64,000 nucleotides of DNA from contig JAHBWD010000010.1 of assembly GCA_019637175.1 (NCBI GenBank), forward strand, positions 126,715 to 190,714, in the 5' to 3' direction. Every line of letters begins with the position of its first letter. Position 1 is the first letter of the stretch. The notes below the pieces were generated by a model. The model was not told the origin of the DNA and did not search any database. It saw only the letters and a program-made list of their open reading frames with translations. This stretch comes from Labilithrix sp. Lineage in GTDB: Bacteria; Myxococcota_A; Polyangia; Polyangiales; Polyangiaceae. Shown one piece after another: positions 46,686 through 56,096 of the stretch. The position numbers and the translations under genes were made by a program.

Positions 46686-47336
46686 TCAGCGCTTGCGGCC
46701 CTTGGCCGACTTCTGAACCTTCGCGCTCTTGTTCACGTTCTTGGGCGCGCGCGCGCGATCGAGCGTTCTCGCCGGCGCCTTCGGCTTCGCGCTCTTCTTC
46801 TTCGGCGTGGCCGGCGCGTCAGGCGCGTCGGTGACCTGCCAGCCGTACGTCTCGGCGATGAGGCGCGCGGTGTCGCGCGCGAGCACCGTTTTCTCGGAGA
46901 GAGAATAGAAGCCTCGCATCACGAGCGCCGACATCATCTCCTTCGGCGACAGGCCCATCTGCTGCGCGAGATCGGAGAGCGCGATCTCGCTGCCGATCGC
47001 GACCGAGGGCGAAGGCGGCGGCGCCTCGACGGGCGCCGGCTCGGCGGCGGGCTCGGGCTCGTCGTCGGCGCCGAGGATGGCGTCGAGCCGTCGGAGCTCG
47101 CCGACGCGAAGCGAAGCCAGCGCGCGCGCGACGTTGACGGAGGAGGGCGGCCCGTCTTCGTCTTCTTCATTCGCACTCGGCGCGAAGCCGCGCGTGCTCC
47201 CGGTGAACGCGCGCGGCGGAGCGCCGGGCGCCTCGACGATGCGACGCCGCACGACGACGGCGGGACGTAACGGAGCGAGGATGGTGCTGGAGCCTTCCGC
47301 TTCGCGGCGTTCGCGCGTCTTGTCGGCCATGGGCAT
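46686..47336 (-). CDS. IF-2 N-terminal-domain-containing protein
   Basis: Segment SPKEMMSALVMRGFYSLSEKTVLARDTARLIAETYGWQV resembles the IF2_N domain. Lys-rich C-terminal tail. Confidence 0.5.
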   Translation of the reverse strand: MPMADKTRERREAEGSSTILAPLRPAVVVRRRIVEAPGAPPRAFTGSTRGFAPSANEEDEDGPPSSVNVARALASLRVGELRRLDAILGADDEPEPAAEPAPVEAPPPSPSVAIGSEIALSDLAQQMGLSPKEMMSALVMRGFYSLSEKTVLARDTARLIAETYGWQVTDAPDAPATPKKKSAKPKAPARTLDRARAPKNVNKSAKVQKSAKGRKR

Positions 47337-47392
47337 GTGGGAGCGGGGGTCGGGGCGCTCGAGAACGCCTACGCTCTTCGTTCACCTTAGCA

Positions 47393-47956
47393 CTAGTTCT
47401 CCGTGATCGTGATCCGCTCTATCGCGTCGCCCTTGGCGATCTTCTGTGCGACGTCGAGGCCCGAGGCGACCTTGCCGAAGACTGTGTAGCGGCCGTCGAG
47501 CGACGGCTGCGGCGAGAGCGTGATGTAGAACTGGCTGCCGGCCGAGTTGGGAGCGGCGCTCTTCGCCATCCCGACGGCGCCGACGTCGTGGAGGAGCCCG
47601 TTCGCCTCGTCGGCGATCGTGTAGCCGGGGCCGCCGCTGCCGGTGCCCGTGGGATCGCCGCCCTGGATGACGAAGCCCGCTTCGACGCGGTGGAAGACGA
47701 GGCCGTCGTAGTACCGGTCGCGCGCGAGGAAGACGAAGCTGTTGACCGTGACCGGCGCGGCCTTCGCGTCGAGCGTGAGCTCGATCGTTCCCTTCGACGT
47801 GAGCAGCGTCGCCTTGTAGGTCTTCGCCGCGTCGAGCGTCATCGGCGGCGCCGACGCGTAGCGGCCGGGCTCGCCCGACGAGCCCGCGCCGTCACCCTTC
47901 GACGAGCAGCTCACGGCGAGCAGACAGAGCGAGAGCGAGAGCACCTTCGACGACAT
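47393..47956 (-). CDS. cyclophilin-type peptidyl-prolyl cis-trans isomerase lipoprotein
   Basis: Lipobox LLAVSCSS. Cyclophilin motifs YDGLVFHRV...FVIQGGDPTGTG...SAGSQFYIT. Confidence 0.85.
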   Translation of the reverse strand: MSSKVLSLSLCLLAVSCSSKGDGAGSSGEPGRYASAPPMTLDAAKTYKATLLTSKGTIELTLDAKAAPVTVNSFVFLARDRYYDGLVFHRVEAGFVIQGGDPTGTGSGGPGYTIADEANGLLHDVGAVGMAKSAAPNSAGSQFYITLSPQPSLDGRYTVFGKVASGLDVAQKIAKGDAIERITITEN

Positions 47957-47965
47957 GGAGGCACT

Positions 47966-48742
47966 CTACCTCTTCACCGGCGGCTTCGGCGGCGCGGAAG
48001 GCTTGGCCTTGCCCGCGAGCTCCGGCATCTTCACGAGATCCTCGATGTTGGGAACGATGACGATCTCGATCCGTCGGTTCTTCGCCTTGCCCGCCTCGGT
48101 CGCGTTGCTGTGCGCGGGATCGAGCTCGGCGTAGCCCGCCGCCGAGAGCGTGTCCGGGCGTACGCCCTTGTCGATGAGGAGCTTGATCACGGCGAGCGCG
48201 CGCGCCGTCGACAGCTCCCAGTTGGACGCGAACTCCTTGGTCTTGATGGGGACGGTGTCGGTGTGCCCCGCGACCTGGAAGCGGCGACCGCTCACGGACT
48301 TCAAGACGTCGGCGACCTCGCCGAGCGCGGCCTTCCCCTCCGGCTTGATCTCGGTCTTGCCGGTGTCGAAGAGGATGTCGGTGCCGAGCGCGAGGACGAT
48401 CTGACCGCGGCGCACCGTGATGTCGAGCTTGCCGGCCTCGATCATCTTCTTGAACTTCGCGAGGAAGTCTTCGAAGAGCTTGAGGCGCGCGTCGGCTGCG
48501 GCCTTCTGCCGTCGAAGCTCCTCGAGCTCCGCGCGGGTCGCTTCGTCGGCCGCGCCCGCCTTGCCCTCGGCCTCGGCGATCTTCGCCTCGAGCTCGTCGA
48601 TCCTCTTCTGCTTGGCCGCTGCCTCGTCGTCGCAGGCGCGCCGCCGAGCGCTCGCGTCGGCGAGCGCGGCGTCGTACTGGCTCCGGGGAACGCCGCAACC
48701 CACGGCCAAGAGGCACGCTAGAGACACGATGACGCTTCGCAT
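47966..48742 (-). CDS. OmpA-family peptidoglycan-associated lipoprotein with coiled-coil linker
   Basis: Start MRSVIVSLACLLAVGCG. OmpA_C motifs (ILFDTGKTEIKPEG...VAGHTDTVP...NRRIEIV). Confidence 0.8.
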   Translation of the reverse strand: MRSVIVSLACLLAVGCGVPRSQYDAALADASARRRACDDEAAAKQKRIDELEAKIAEAEGKAGAADEATRAELEELRRQKAAADARLKLFEDFLAKFKKMIEAGKLDITVRRGQIVLALGTDILFDTGKTEIKPEGKAALGEVADVLKSVSGRRFQVAGHTDTVPIKTKEFASNWELSTARALAVIKLLIDKGVRPDTLSAAGYAELDPAHSNATEAGKAKNRRIEIVIVPNIEDLVKMPELAGKAKPSAPPKPPVKR

Positions 48743-48772
48743 GCCGGCCAGAGTATGCGAAGCACGCGCTCC

Positions 48773-50518
48773 ATGACACACGCTGCGCCCGCCCGCATCG
48801 GCAACGCCTCCGGCTTCTACGGCGACCGCCTCTCGGCGTTCCGCGAGATGCTCGAGGGCGGCCCGCTCGACTACGTGACCGGCGACTACCTCGCCGAGCT
48901 GACGATGCTCATCCTCGGGCGCGATCGGATGAAGGATCCGAACGGCGGCTGGGCGAAGACCTTCATGAAGCAGATGAAGGAGTGCCTCGCGATCGCCGTG
49001 AGCAAGAAGGTGCGCATCGTGGTCAACGCCGGCGGCCTCAACCCCGCGGGCCTCGCGGGCGCGCTGCGATCGCTGGCGAGCGATCTCGGCGTGAGCGCGC
49101 GCGTCGCGCACGTCGAAGGCGACGATCTCATGGGCCGCGCTGCGGCGCTCGGCCTCGGATCGCCCCTCACCGCGAACGCGTACCTCGGCGCGTGGGGAAT
49201 CGTCGAGTGCCTGCGCGCGGGCGCCGACGTCGTGGTCACGGGGCGCGTCACCGACGCCTCGCTCGTCGTCGGCGCCGCGGCCGCGCACTTCGGATGGAAG
49301 CGCGATGACTGGGACGCGCTCGCCGGCGCCGTCGCCGCCGGCCACGTGATCGAGTGCGGCCCGCAGGCGACCGGCGGAAACTTCGCGTTCTTCACCGAGA
49401 TCGACATGGGCGCTCCGCTCGGCTTCCCCATCGCCGAGATCGACGCCGACGGCTCGAGCGTGATCACGAAGCACCCGGGCACCGGCGGCGCCGTCACCGT
49501 CGACACGGTGACCGCGCAGCTCGTCTACGAGATCGGCGGCGCGCGGTACGCGGGCCCCGACGTGACGACGCGCTTCGACACGATCGAGCTCGCCTCCGAG
49601 GGCGCCGATCGCGTGCGCATCCGCGGCGCGAAGGGCGAGCCGCCTCCGCCCACGCTCAAGGTGTGCTTGAACCACCTCGGCGGGTTCCGCAACGACGTCA
49701 CGTTCGTGCTCGTCGGCCTCGACGTCGAGGCCAAGGCGCGCGTGGTGCGCGCGCAGCTCGAGGCGGCGCTCGCGAAGCGGCCGAGCGAGCTCGTGTGGAG
49801 CCTCACGCGCACCGATCGCGAAGACGCAGACGAGGAAGCGCTCGCGTCGGCCATGCTTCGCGTCATCGCCAAGGATCGCGACGCGCGCGTCGTCGGTCGC
49901 GACTTCAGCTCCGCCGCCGTCGGCCTCGCGCTCGCGAGCTATCCCGGCTTCACCCTCACCTCCCCACCGGAAGACGCGTCGCCCTACGGCGTCTACACCG
50001 CGGCGTTCGTCGACGCGAAGGAGGTCGCGCACACCGCGGTGCTCCCCGACGGCGCGCGCCTCGTCGTCGATCACCCCACGACGACGCGAGCGCTCGAGCC
50101 CGTGCCGCCGCCCATCCTCGCCCCCTTCAGCGAGACGCCCGAAGAGACGGTGCGCGCGCCGCTCGGCCTCGTGCTCGGCGCGCGGAGCGGCGACAAAGGA
50201 GGCATGGCGAACATCGGCGTGTGGGCGCGAACCGACGACGCCTTCGCCTGGATGGCGCACGCGCTCGACGTCGCGACGCTGCGGAAGCTCCTCCCCGAAG
50301 CGTCGGGATACCCGATCGAGCGCCACGTCTTCCCTCGCCTTCGCGCGATGAACTTCGTGATCGACGGGCTGCTCGGCGAAGGCGTCTCGTCGGGCACCCG
50401 CTTCGATCCTCAGGGCAAGGGCCTCGGCGAGTGGCTCCGGTCGCGCCACTGGGAGATCCCGCGATCGCTCGCCGCGCTCGCAACGAAGGGCGCCCTCGGA
50501 CCATCGAAGGGGCGATGA
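48773..50518 (+). CDS. DUF1446 / AtuA (acyclic terpene utilisation) family protein
   Basis: The N-terminal region IGNASGFYGDRLSAFREMLEGGPLDYVTGDYLAELTM is characteristic of AtuA. Confidence 0.7.
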   Translation: MTHAAPARIGNASGFYGDRLSAFREMLEGGPLDYVTGDYLAELTMLILGRDRMKDPNGGWAKTFMKQMKECLAIAVSKKVRIVVNAGGLNPAGLAGALRSLASDLGVSARVAHVEGDDLMGRAAALGLGSPLTANAYLGAWGIVECLRAGADVVVTGRVTDASLVVGAAAAHFGWKRDDWDALAGAVAAGHVIECGPQATGGNFAFFTEIDMGAPLGFPIAEIDADGSSVITKHPGTGGAVTVDTVTAQLVYEIGGARYAGPDVTTRFDTIELASEGADRVRIRGAKGEPPPPTLKVCLNHLGGFRNDVTFVLVGLDVEAKARVVRAQLEAALAKRPSELVWSLTRTDREDADEEALASAMLRVIAKDRDARVVGRDFSSAAVGLALASYPGFTLTSPPEDASPYGVYTAAFVDAKEVAHTAVLPDGARLVVDHPTTTRALEPVPPPILAPFSETPEETVRAPLGLVLGARSGDKGGMANIGVWARTDDAFAWMAHALDVATLRKLLPEASGYPIERHVFPRLRAMNFVIDGLLGEGVSSGTRFDPQGKGLGEWLRSRHWEIPRSLAALATKGALGPSKGR

Positions 50519-51639
50519 AGCTGTTCGATCCCCGGGCGCTCGGCGCCGCGCCCGCGGGGCTTCGCCGCGAGCGCATCGAGGGCTCGCCGCGCTTCAAGGA
50601 CGGGCGCTTCCACAACACCGAGCCTCTCTCGGTGATGCGCCGCGACCGCCCGCTCTCCGAGCGCCTGTCCATCGTCGGCGAGTTCTTCACCGGAGGCGCG
50701 AGCCGCCGGCCTCTACGCGAGCTCCCGGTCGTGAGCCCGCTCGACGCGTGGGCGCGCCCGGCCGAGACGGGGCTGCGCGCGACGTGGCTCGGCCACTCCA
50801 CGGTGCTGCTCGAGATCGAGGGCTTTCGGGTGCTCACCGATCCGATCTGGAGCGAGCGCGTCTCGCCCGTCGCGTGGGCGGGCCCGCGGCGCTTTCATCG
50901 CGTGCCCGTGACGGTCGAAGAGCTCCCGCCGCTCGACGCGGTGATCGTCTCACACGATCACTACGACCACCTCGATCACGCGACCGTGCGCGAGCTCGCG
51001 CGCCGCGAGGTGCCGTTCTTCACGTCGCTCGGCGTCGGCGCTCACCTCGAGGCGTGGGGCGTCGCCCCGCGGCTCGTGACCGAGCTCGACTGGTGGGAGA
51101 GCGCGCTGCTGCCGCGCGCGCGCGGCCGCCTCGGCTTCACGGCGACGCCGAGCCGTCATTTCTCCGGTCGCGGCGCCGGATCGAACCGCACAGCGTGGTC
51201 GTCGTTCGTGATCGAGAGCGATCGCCATCGCGTCTTCTTCAGCGGCGACACCGGCCTCTCGTCCGAATTCGAAACGATCGGCGACAAGTTCGGCTCGTTC
51301 GACCTCACGATGCTCGAGGTCGGCGCGTTCCACCCGGCGTGGGGCGACGTGCACCTCGGCCCCGAGAACGCGCTCGTCGCGCACCGCATGCTCCGAGGCA
51401 AGACGCTCCTGCCGGTCCACTGGGGCACGTTCGATCTCGGTCTTCACCCGTGGGAAGAGCCGGCCGAGGTGCTCGCCGTCCGCGCCGGAGAGGCGCGCGT
51501 CCACGTCGTCACGCCGAAGGTCGGCGCGGCGATCGAGCCTTCTCGCGTCGAGCGGGCCGACACGTGGTGGCGCGAGCTGCTCGATCCGACGCCGCGCGGA
51601 TCGCTCGCGACCGGATCGGCCTCTCCTATTCGTTCATGA
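50515..51639 (+). CDS. MBL-fold metallo-hydrolase (NAPE-PLD-like Zn-dependent hydrolase)
   Basis: ATG overlaps the upstream stop (ATGA). VSHDHYDHLD motif. C-terminal part of ORF 49354..51639. Confidence 0.7.
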   Translation: MKLFDPRALGAAPAGLRRERIEGSPRFKDGRFHNTEPLSVMRRDRPLSERLSIVGEFFTGGASRRPLRELPVVSPLDAWARPAETGLRATWLGHSTVLLEIEGFRVLTDPIWSERVSPVAWAGPRRFHRVPVTVEELPPLDAVIVSHDHYDHLDHATVRELARREVPFFTSLGVGAHLEAWGVAPRLVTELDWWESALLPRARGRLGFTATPSRHFSGRGAGSNRTAWSSFVIESDRHRVFFSGDTGLSSEFETIGDKFGSFDLTMLEVGAFHPAWGDVHLGPENALVAHRMLRGKTLLPVHWGTFDLGLHPWEEPAEVLAVRAGEARVHVVTPKVGAAIEPSRVERADTWWRELLDPTPRGSLATGSASPIRS

Positions 51640-51940
51640 GCGCGTGCATGCGCGAGATCGAGATGGCGACGCTCGCCGCGAGCCTCGCTTGGTTCTTGTC
51701 TTCGCGGAACGTCTTCCACGCCTTTTGCATCGTCTCCTGCGACTCGCGGTAGCCCTCGAGCAGCTCCATGAGCTCGTCGTCGGCGAGCGCGCGCTTGGTC
51801 GTGACGAGGAACCAGCCGTTGAACTCTCGGTCGGCGGCGAGCCACTCGTCGAGCGCCTTCTTGGTGTCGGGATCGACGCCGAGGCTCGGCAGCTCGTCAC
51901 GGATCTCTTCGGCGATCGATCGTGTGCTCACGGCGCCCAC
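51626..51940 (-). CDS. hypothetical protein (~104 aa)
   Basis: High GC3; GTG start chosen to leave room for the divergent promoter of the IMPase gene. Confidence 0.35.
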   Translation of the reverse strand: MGAVSTRSIAEEIRDELPSLGVDPDTKKALDEWLAADREFNGWFLVTTKRALADDELMELLEGYRESQETMQKAWKTFREDKNQARLAASVAISISRMHALMNE

Positions 51941-52021
51941 GACGGTACACGATCCCGCGCGAGGCTCCGAGGCCCGTGTGATCGGCCCGGCGGATCGCGC
52001 CGACAAGCGGTAGCATGGGCC

Positions 52022-52840
52022 ATGCTCGATGCGTCACGAATGAGCGAGCTCGACGCGTTCCTCGTCGAGCTCAACGCGGTGTCGGCCGAGGCGATCCTGC
52101 CGCTCTTCCGCGCGACGGCGGGCGATCAGGCGCTCGAGAACAAGGGCGGCGCGCGCGGCTGGGATCCGGTCACCGCCGCGGATCGCGGCGCCGAGGCCGC
52201 GCTCCGCAAGCGCATCGCCGCGCGCTACCCCGATCACGGCGTCATCGGCGAAGAGTACGGCGACGATCGCCCCGACGCCGAGCTCGTCTGGGTGATCGAT
52301 CCGATCGACGGAACGCGCGCGTTCGTCGCCGGGCTGCCGGTCTGGACGACGCTCATCGGCCTCCGTCACGCGGGTCGACCGGTGCTCGGCTCGATCGGGC
52401 AGCCGTACATCGGCGAGATCTTCATCGGGCACGCGGGCGGCGCGCGTGTGATCCGCGGCGACACGAGCGCGCCGCTCCGCGTGCGGCCCTGCGCGTCGCT
52501 GTCGAGCGCGACGATCGCGACGACCGACGGCGCGATCTACCTCGACGAAACGGAGCAGCGCGCCTGGGGCGAGCTCCGAGGGAGCGCGCAGAACGCACGG
52601 CTCGGGTGCGACGCTTACGCCTACGCGATGGTCGCCGCGGGATGGATCGACCTGGTCGTCGAGTCGAACCTGAAGGCGTGGGACATCGACGCGGCGATCC
52701 CGGTCGTCGAAGGCGCGGGCGGCCTCGTCACGACCTGGCGCGGCGAGCCGGTCGGCGCCCACGGCGGACAGGTGGCGATCGCGGGCGATCGCCGCTGCCT
52801 CGACGAAGCGCTCGCCCTCCTCTCGCGCGCGGCGAAGTGA
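52022..52840 (+). CDS. inositol monophosphatase family protein (HisN-like)
   Basis: IMPase motifs: EEYGDDRP, WVIDPIDGTRAF, WDIDAA. Confidence 0.75.
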   Translation: MLDASRMSELDAFLVELNAVSAEAILPLFRATAGDQALENKGGARGWDPVTAADRGAEAALRKRIAARYPDHGVIGEEYGDDRPDAELVWVIDPIDGTRAFVAGLPVWTTLIGLRHAGRPVLGSIGQPYIGEIFIGHAGGARVIRGDTSAPLRVRPCASLSSATIATTDGAIYLDETEQRAWGELRGSAQNARLGCDAYAYAMVAAGWIDLVVESNLKAWDIDAAIPVVEGAGGLVTTWRGEPVGAHGGQVAIAGDRRCLDEALALLSRAAK

Positions 52841-54430
52841 TCAATCCGGCCCGCCGCCGCCACCGCCGCCACCGCCGCCACCGCCGCCACCGCCACCACC
52901 TCCGCCGCCACCGGGCGTGGAACCGTTGAGGCTCACGGTGACGAGCGCGTCGGGGTTGCAGATCTTGCCCGCGCCGTTCTGGCGCGACTCGGCGGGCTTC
53001 AACGTCGCCGCCGAGGATCCGTTGGTCGGACGGAACTGAATCGTGCGCGTGGTGGAGGTGCCGGGATCGGTCGTCGTCGACTGCGGCAGATCGAGCCACG
53101 CGGGCTCACCCGAGGTTCGCGCGAACGTCCACACGATCCGCGCGCGCTCGTTGCCGCCGGTGTTGAGGATCCTGAACGACTCGTAGTCCGACTGGTTGTT
53201 GCTCGCCTCGAAGGCGAGCGTGGCCGGCTGGATGGCGACGATCGCGCCGCGAACGTCGACCTTGAGGGTGACGGCGTGATCGCCGCCCGACGGAGGCGGC
53301 AGCGCCGGTCCACCGGGCATCGGCTCGACGGTCACGGTGACCGTCTCGCTGATCGTGCCGAGCGCCGACGCGATCGACGGACCATTGAAGTCGATGCTCG
53401 CCTGCCCCGGCGTGCTCCCGTTCGCCGCGGCGACGGTGCCGCTCGTCGCGCTGCCGACGCGCGAGAACTTCTGCGTCGAGCCCTTGAGCGACCACTTCAC
53501 CGCGTTCGGCGAGTAGTTCTTCACGACGACGCTCTTGGCGCCCGACGAGCCCGTGTTGCAGTCCTTCTTGCCCCAATCGGCGCCGGTGACGGTGATCTTC
53601 GTGTCGACGCGCTTGCCGGTGACCTCGACGGCCTGAGGTTCGGCGCAGAGCCCTTCGGCGATCGGCGTGACCATCGCCTTGAGCACGCCGGACACGGTGC
53701 TCTTGCTCGCGAGATAGAGGCTCACCTCGCGCTCGTTCGACGGCGCCGTGACGCCGAGCGTGAAGCCCTGCGGGCCGGCGCTGAACTCGCCGCCCATGCC
53801 GGGAACGGCGAACGACGTCACGTTCACCGCGGCGGTCCCGACGTTGCGCAAGACGACCTTCGTGGTCCCTTGCGTGTTGAGCGGCGTGTCGCCGATGTCC
53901 GCGCTGGTCGTCGCCCACTCGAGCTTGCCGCCGACGCCTTTGACGCCGACCGGCACCGCCACGAACGAGTCGCCCGAGAAGACCGAGATGTTCTCCGTCA
54001 CGTCGCCCGCGACCGTCGGCCGCGCGACGAGCGTGACGGTGTGGAGCTGGCCAACGGGGAGCGTGCCCGTCTGCTGGCTCGGATCGGCGAAGCCGAACGG
54101 CGCGCCGTCGGGGATCTTGATCACGTAGGGGCGCGCGTTGCCCGTCTTGTTCTTGAGCACGAGATCGCGCGTGCCCGTCGCGTTGCAGACCACCGACGCG
54201 AAGTCGAGCGCGCCGCCCGGCGTCTCGACGGAGAAGTCCTTGTCGTTGTTGTCGGTGTTGTCTTTCTCTCGATCGCCGAGCGCGTCGCCCGGCTCCGCGG
54301 GCGCGCTCGCGCCCTTCGCGCGCTTCGACGCGCTCGTGGGGCGCGGATCTTCGAGCCCGACGATCTCGGTGCACGCGAAGAGCGAGCACGCAAGAAAAGC
54401 CACCAGCGTAGAAGACCTACAGCTTCCCAC
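52841..54430 (-). CDS. large secreted lipoprotein with repeated Ig-like (DUF1573/choice-of-anchor-like) domains and C-terminal polyglycine
   Basis: GTG start (SD GGAGGAG) giving MGSCRSSTLVAFLACSLFAC. Repeated beta-sandwich-like segments. C-terminus is G22-PD. Confidence 0.5.
   Translation of the reverse strand: MGSCRSSTLVAFLACSLFACTEIVGLEDPRPTSASKRAKGASAPAEPGDALGDREKDNTDNNDKDFSVETPGGALDFASVVCNATGTRDLVLKNKTGNARPYVIKIPDGAPFGFADPSQQTGTLPVGQLHTVTLVARPTVAGDVTENISVFSGDSFVAVPVGVKGVGGKLEWATTSADIGDTPLNTQGTTKVVLRNVGTAAVNVTSFAVPGMGGEFSAGPQGFTLGVTAPSNEREVSLYLASKSTVSGVLKAMVTPIAEGLCAEPQAVEVTGKRVDTKITVTGADWGKKDCNTGSSGAKSVVVKNYSPNAVKWSLKGSTQKFSRVGSATSGTVAAANGSTPGQASIDFNGPSIASALGTISETVTVTVEPMPGGPALPPPSGGDHAVTLKVDVRGAIVAIQPATLAFEASNNQSDYESFRILNTGGNERARIVWTFARTSGEPAWLDLPQSTTTDPGTSTTRTIQFRPTNGSSAATLKPAESRQNGAGKICNPDALVTVSLNGSTPGGGGGGGGGGGGGGGGGGGGGPD
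52850..52915. repeat. (GGC/GGT)n trinucleotide tract encoding 22 consecutive Gly
   Basis: Directly visible at the 3' end of the 52841..54430 minus-strand gene. Confidence 0.9.
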
Positions 54431-54636
54431 GTCGACCCTCTCCTCCTCAGAGCCCCGGGGAGAGTCGAGTGCAAGATGCGTGACGAGCGCGTGGCCGGAT
54501 TGTTGCGTCACGAGCGACTCGGAAATTCCAATCCGAAGTCGCGACGCGGGATGCCGGCGTCGCCGGTTGCCTTGGTCGACGGAGATCCAGAGATGGGCGC
54601 GCCGACGTCCGCGTACACCGTACGCGGAAGCGCGCG

Positions 54637-55440
54637 TCAGCCCTTCTTCTTCGGCTGCTTCTTGCCGCCGGGCTTCTTGCCGCCGCCCTTGCCGCCGCCC
54701 TTGCCCGCGCCCTTGCCCCCGCCCTTCTTCGGCGGCGGCGGGGTGGCCGCTTCGCCTTCGCCGTCGCCGTCGCCGGCGGCCGGCGGCGCCTCCGCGGGCT
54801 CCTTCTCCTTCGGCGGATCGGCCGCGGCGGTCTCGCTCGCCTCCTTGCCTTTGCCCTTCGGCGCGGACACCGGCTCGGCCTGGAGCGCGACGAGCTCTTT
54901 CTGGATCTCGTCGGCTTCGCTCGGACGATAGCCGTCGTGGATGTAGCGGACCGTGCCGCTCGAATCGAGGATGTACGTCGTCGGCATCGTGCCGACCTTC
55001 CAGCGATTGGCGTTGGCGTGACCGTCGTCCCAACCGATCGCGAACGTCGCGCCGTTCTCCTTCGCCCAGTCGGCGACGCCGTCTTTCGAATCGTCGACCG
55101 ACACGCCGACGATCTCGACTTTGCCGGCGTACTTCTTCGCCATCTCTTCGAGCTTCGGGAACGATTGCTTGCAGGGTGCACACCACGTCGCCCAGAAGTC
55201 GACGATCGCGACCTTTCCGGAGAGCGACTCGTTCGAGATCTTCCCTTTGCCGTTGAGCGACTCCACCGAGAGATCGGGCGCGGGCTTCCCGACCTCCGCC
55301 GGTCCCGAGTGACTGTCGCCGCCTTCACCGCCTTCGCCGCCGCTCGGCGCCTTCGCTTCTTGTTTGCTGCCGCCGCAAGCTGCGGTGACGGAGACGATGA
55401 AGGCCAGTGCCAGCGCTGCGTTCGATCGCGTCGTTGCCAT
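54637..55440 (-). CDS. TlpA-like thiol:disulfide oxidoreductase lipoprotein with Lys/Gly-rich C-terminal tail
   Basis: Start MATTRSNAALALAFIVSVTAACGG. WATWCAPC active site. C-terminal tail PPPKKGGGKGAGKGGGKGGGKKPGGKKQPKKKG. Confidence 0.8.
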   Translation of the reverse strand: MATTRSNAALALAFIVSVTAACGGSKQEAKAPSGGEGGEGGDSHSGPAEVGKPAPDLSVESLNGKGKISNESLSGKVAIVDFWATWCAPCKQSFPKLEEMAKKYAGKVEIVGVSVDDSKDGVADWAKENGATFAIGWDDGHANANRWKVGTMPTTYILDSSGTVRYIHDGYRPSEADEIQKELVALQAEPVSAPKGKGKEASETAAADPPKEKEPAEAPPAAGDGDGEGEAATPPPPKKGGGKGAGKGGGKGGGKKPGGKKQPKKKG

Positions 55441-55518
55441 CGAGAATAGTGTCTCGCAAGAAGGTCGGGCGCGCCAGCGTCTCGGGAACCCCGTGAGAGC
55501 GTCGGTGTCAGCGGGGGT

Positions 55519-56067
55519 ATGCGGGCCGGCGCCGTGATCGCGTGCATCCCGGGCGTACTCACCGGCTGCGGGCTCACGTCGGCCGCCGACCCCGGGTCGC
55601 CCTCGCCCGGCGCGCCCGAGCCGGCGATCGCGATCGAAGCCGAAACGCCGGCTCCGCCTGCGGCCGAGCTTTCGGCGAAGGCCATGCGCGAAGGCCACCA
55701 CCTCGCACATCCCGTCTGCGTCGGGCCGGTCGTCCCGAACGATCCTCCGCACCGGGCGGCGTGCTGCTACCCGTCGAGAGAGCTCATCGTCCGCCCCCTC
55801 CGCGCGGCCTTCCCGGCGCTCCGAGCCTGCTACGAGGCTCGCGCGAACCTGGAGGCCGAAGGCAACGTCGTCTTCCAGTTCCGGATCGAGCTCGACGGAT
55901 CGGTCACGCGCGTCTGCGCGAGCGAGGCCTCGACGATGGACGACGAAGCGAGCGTGCGCTGCATGATCGCGGCGATCAAGGACGTGCGCTTCCCCGGCAT
56001 GTCGCGCGAGGAGCGCGATCTCTGCGGCCTCATTTCGCTCCACTACCCGGTGACTTTCGCGCGCTGA
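55519..56067 (+). CDS. lipoprotein with AgmX/PglI- or TonB-C-terminal-like domain
   Basis: VLTGCG lipobox. GNVVFQFRIELDGSVTRV beta-hairpin motif. Confidence 0.45.
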   Translation: MRAGAVIACIPGVLTGCGLTSAADPGSPSPGAPEPAIAIEAETPAPPAAELSAKAMREGHHLAHPVCVGPVVPNDPPHRAACCYPSRELIVRPLRAAFPALRACYEARANLEAEGNVVFQFRIELDGSVTRVCASEASTMDDEASVRCMIAAIKDVRFPGMSREERDLCGLISLHYPVTFAR

Positions 56068-56096
56068 CCGGCGAAGAGCCTGCGTATCCTCAGGGC

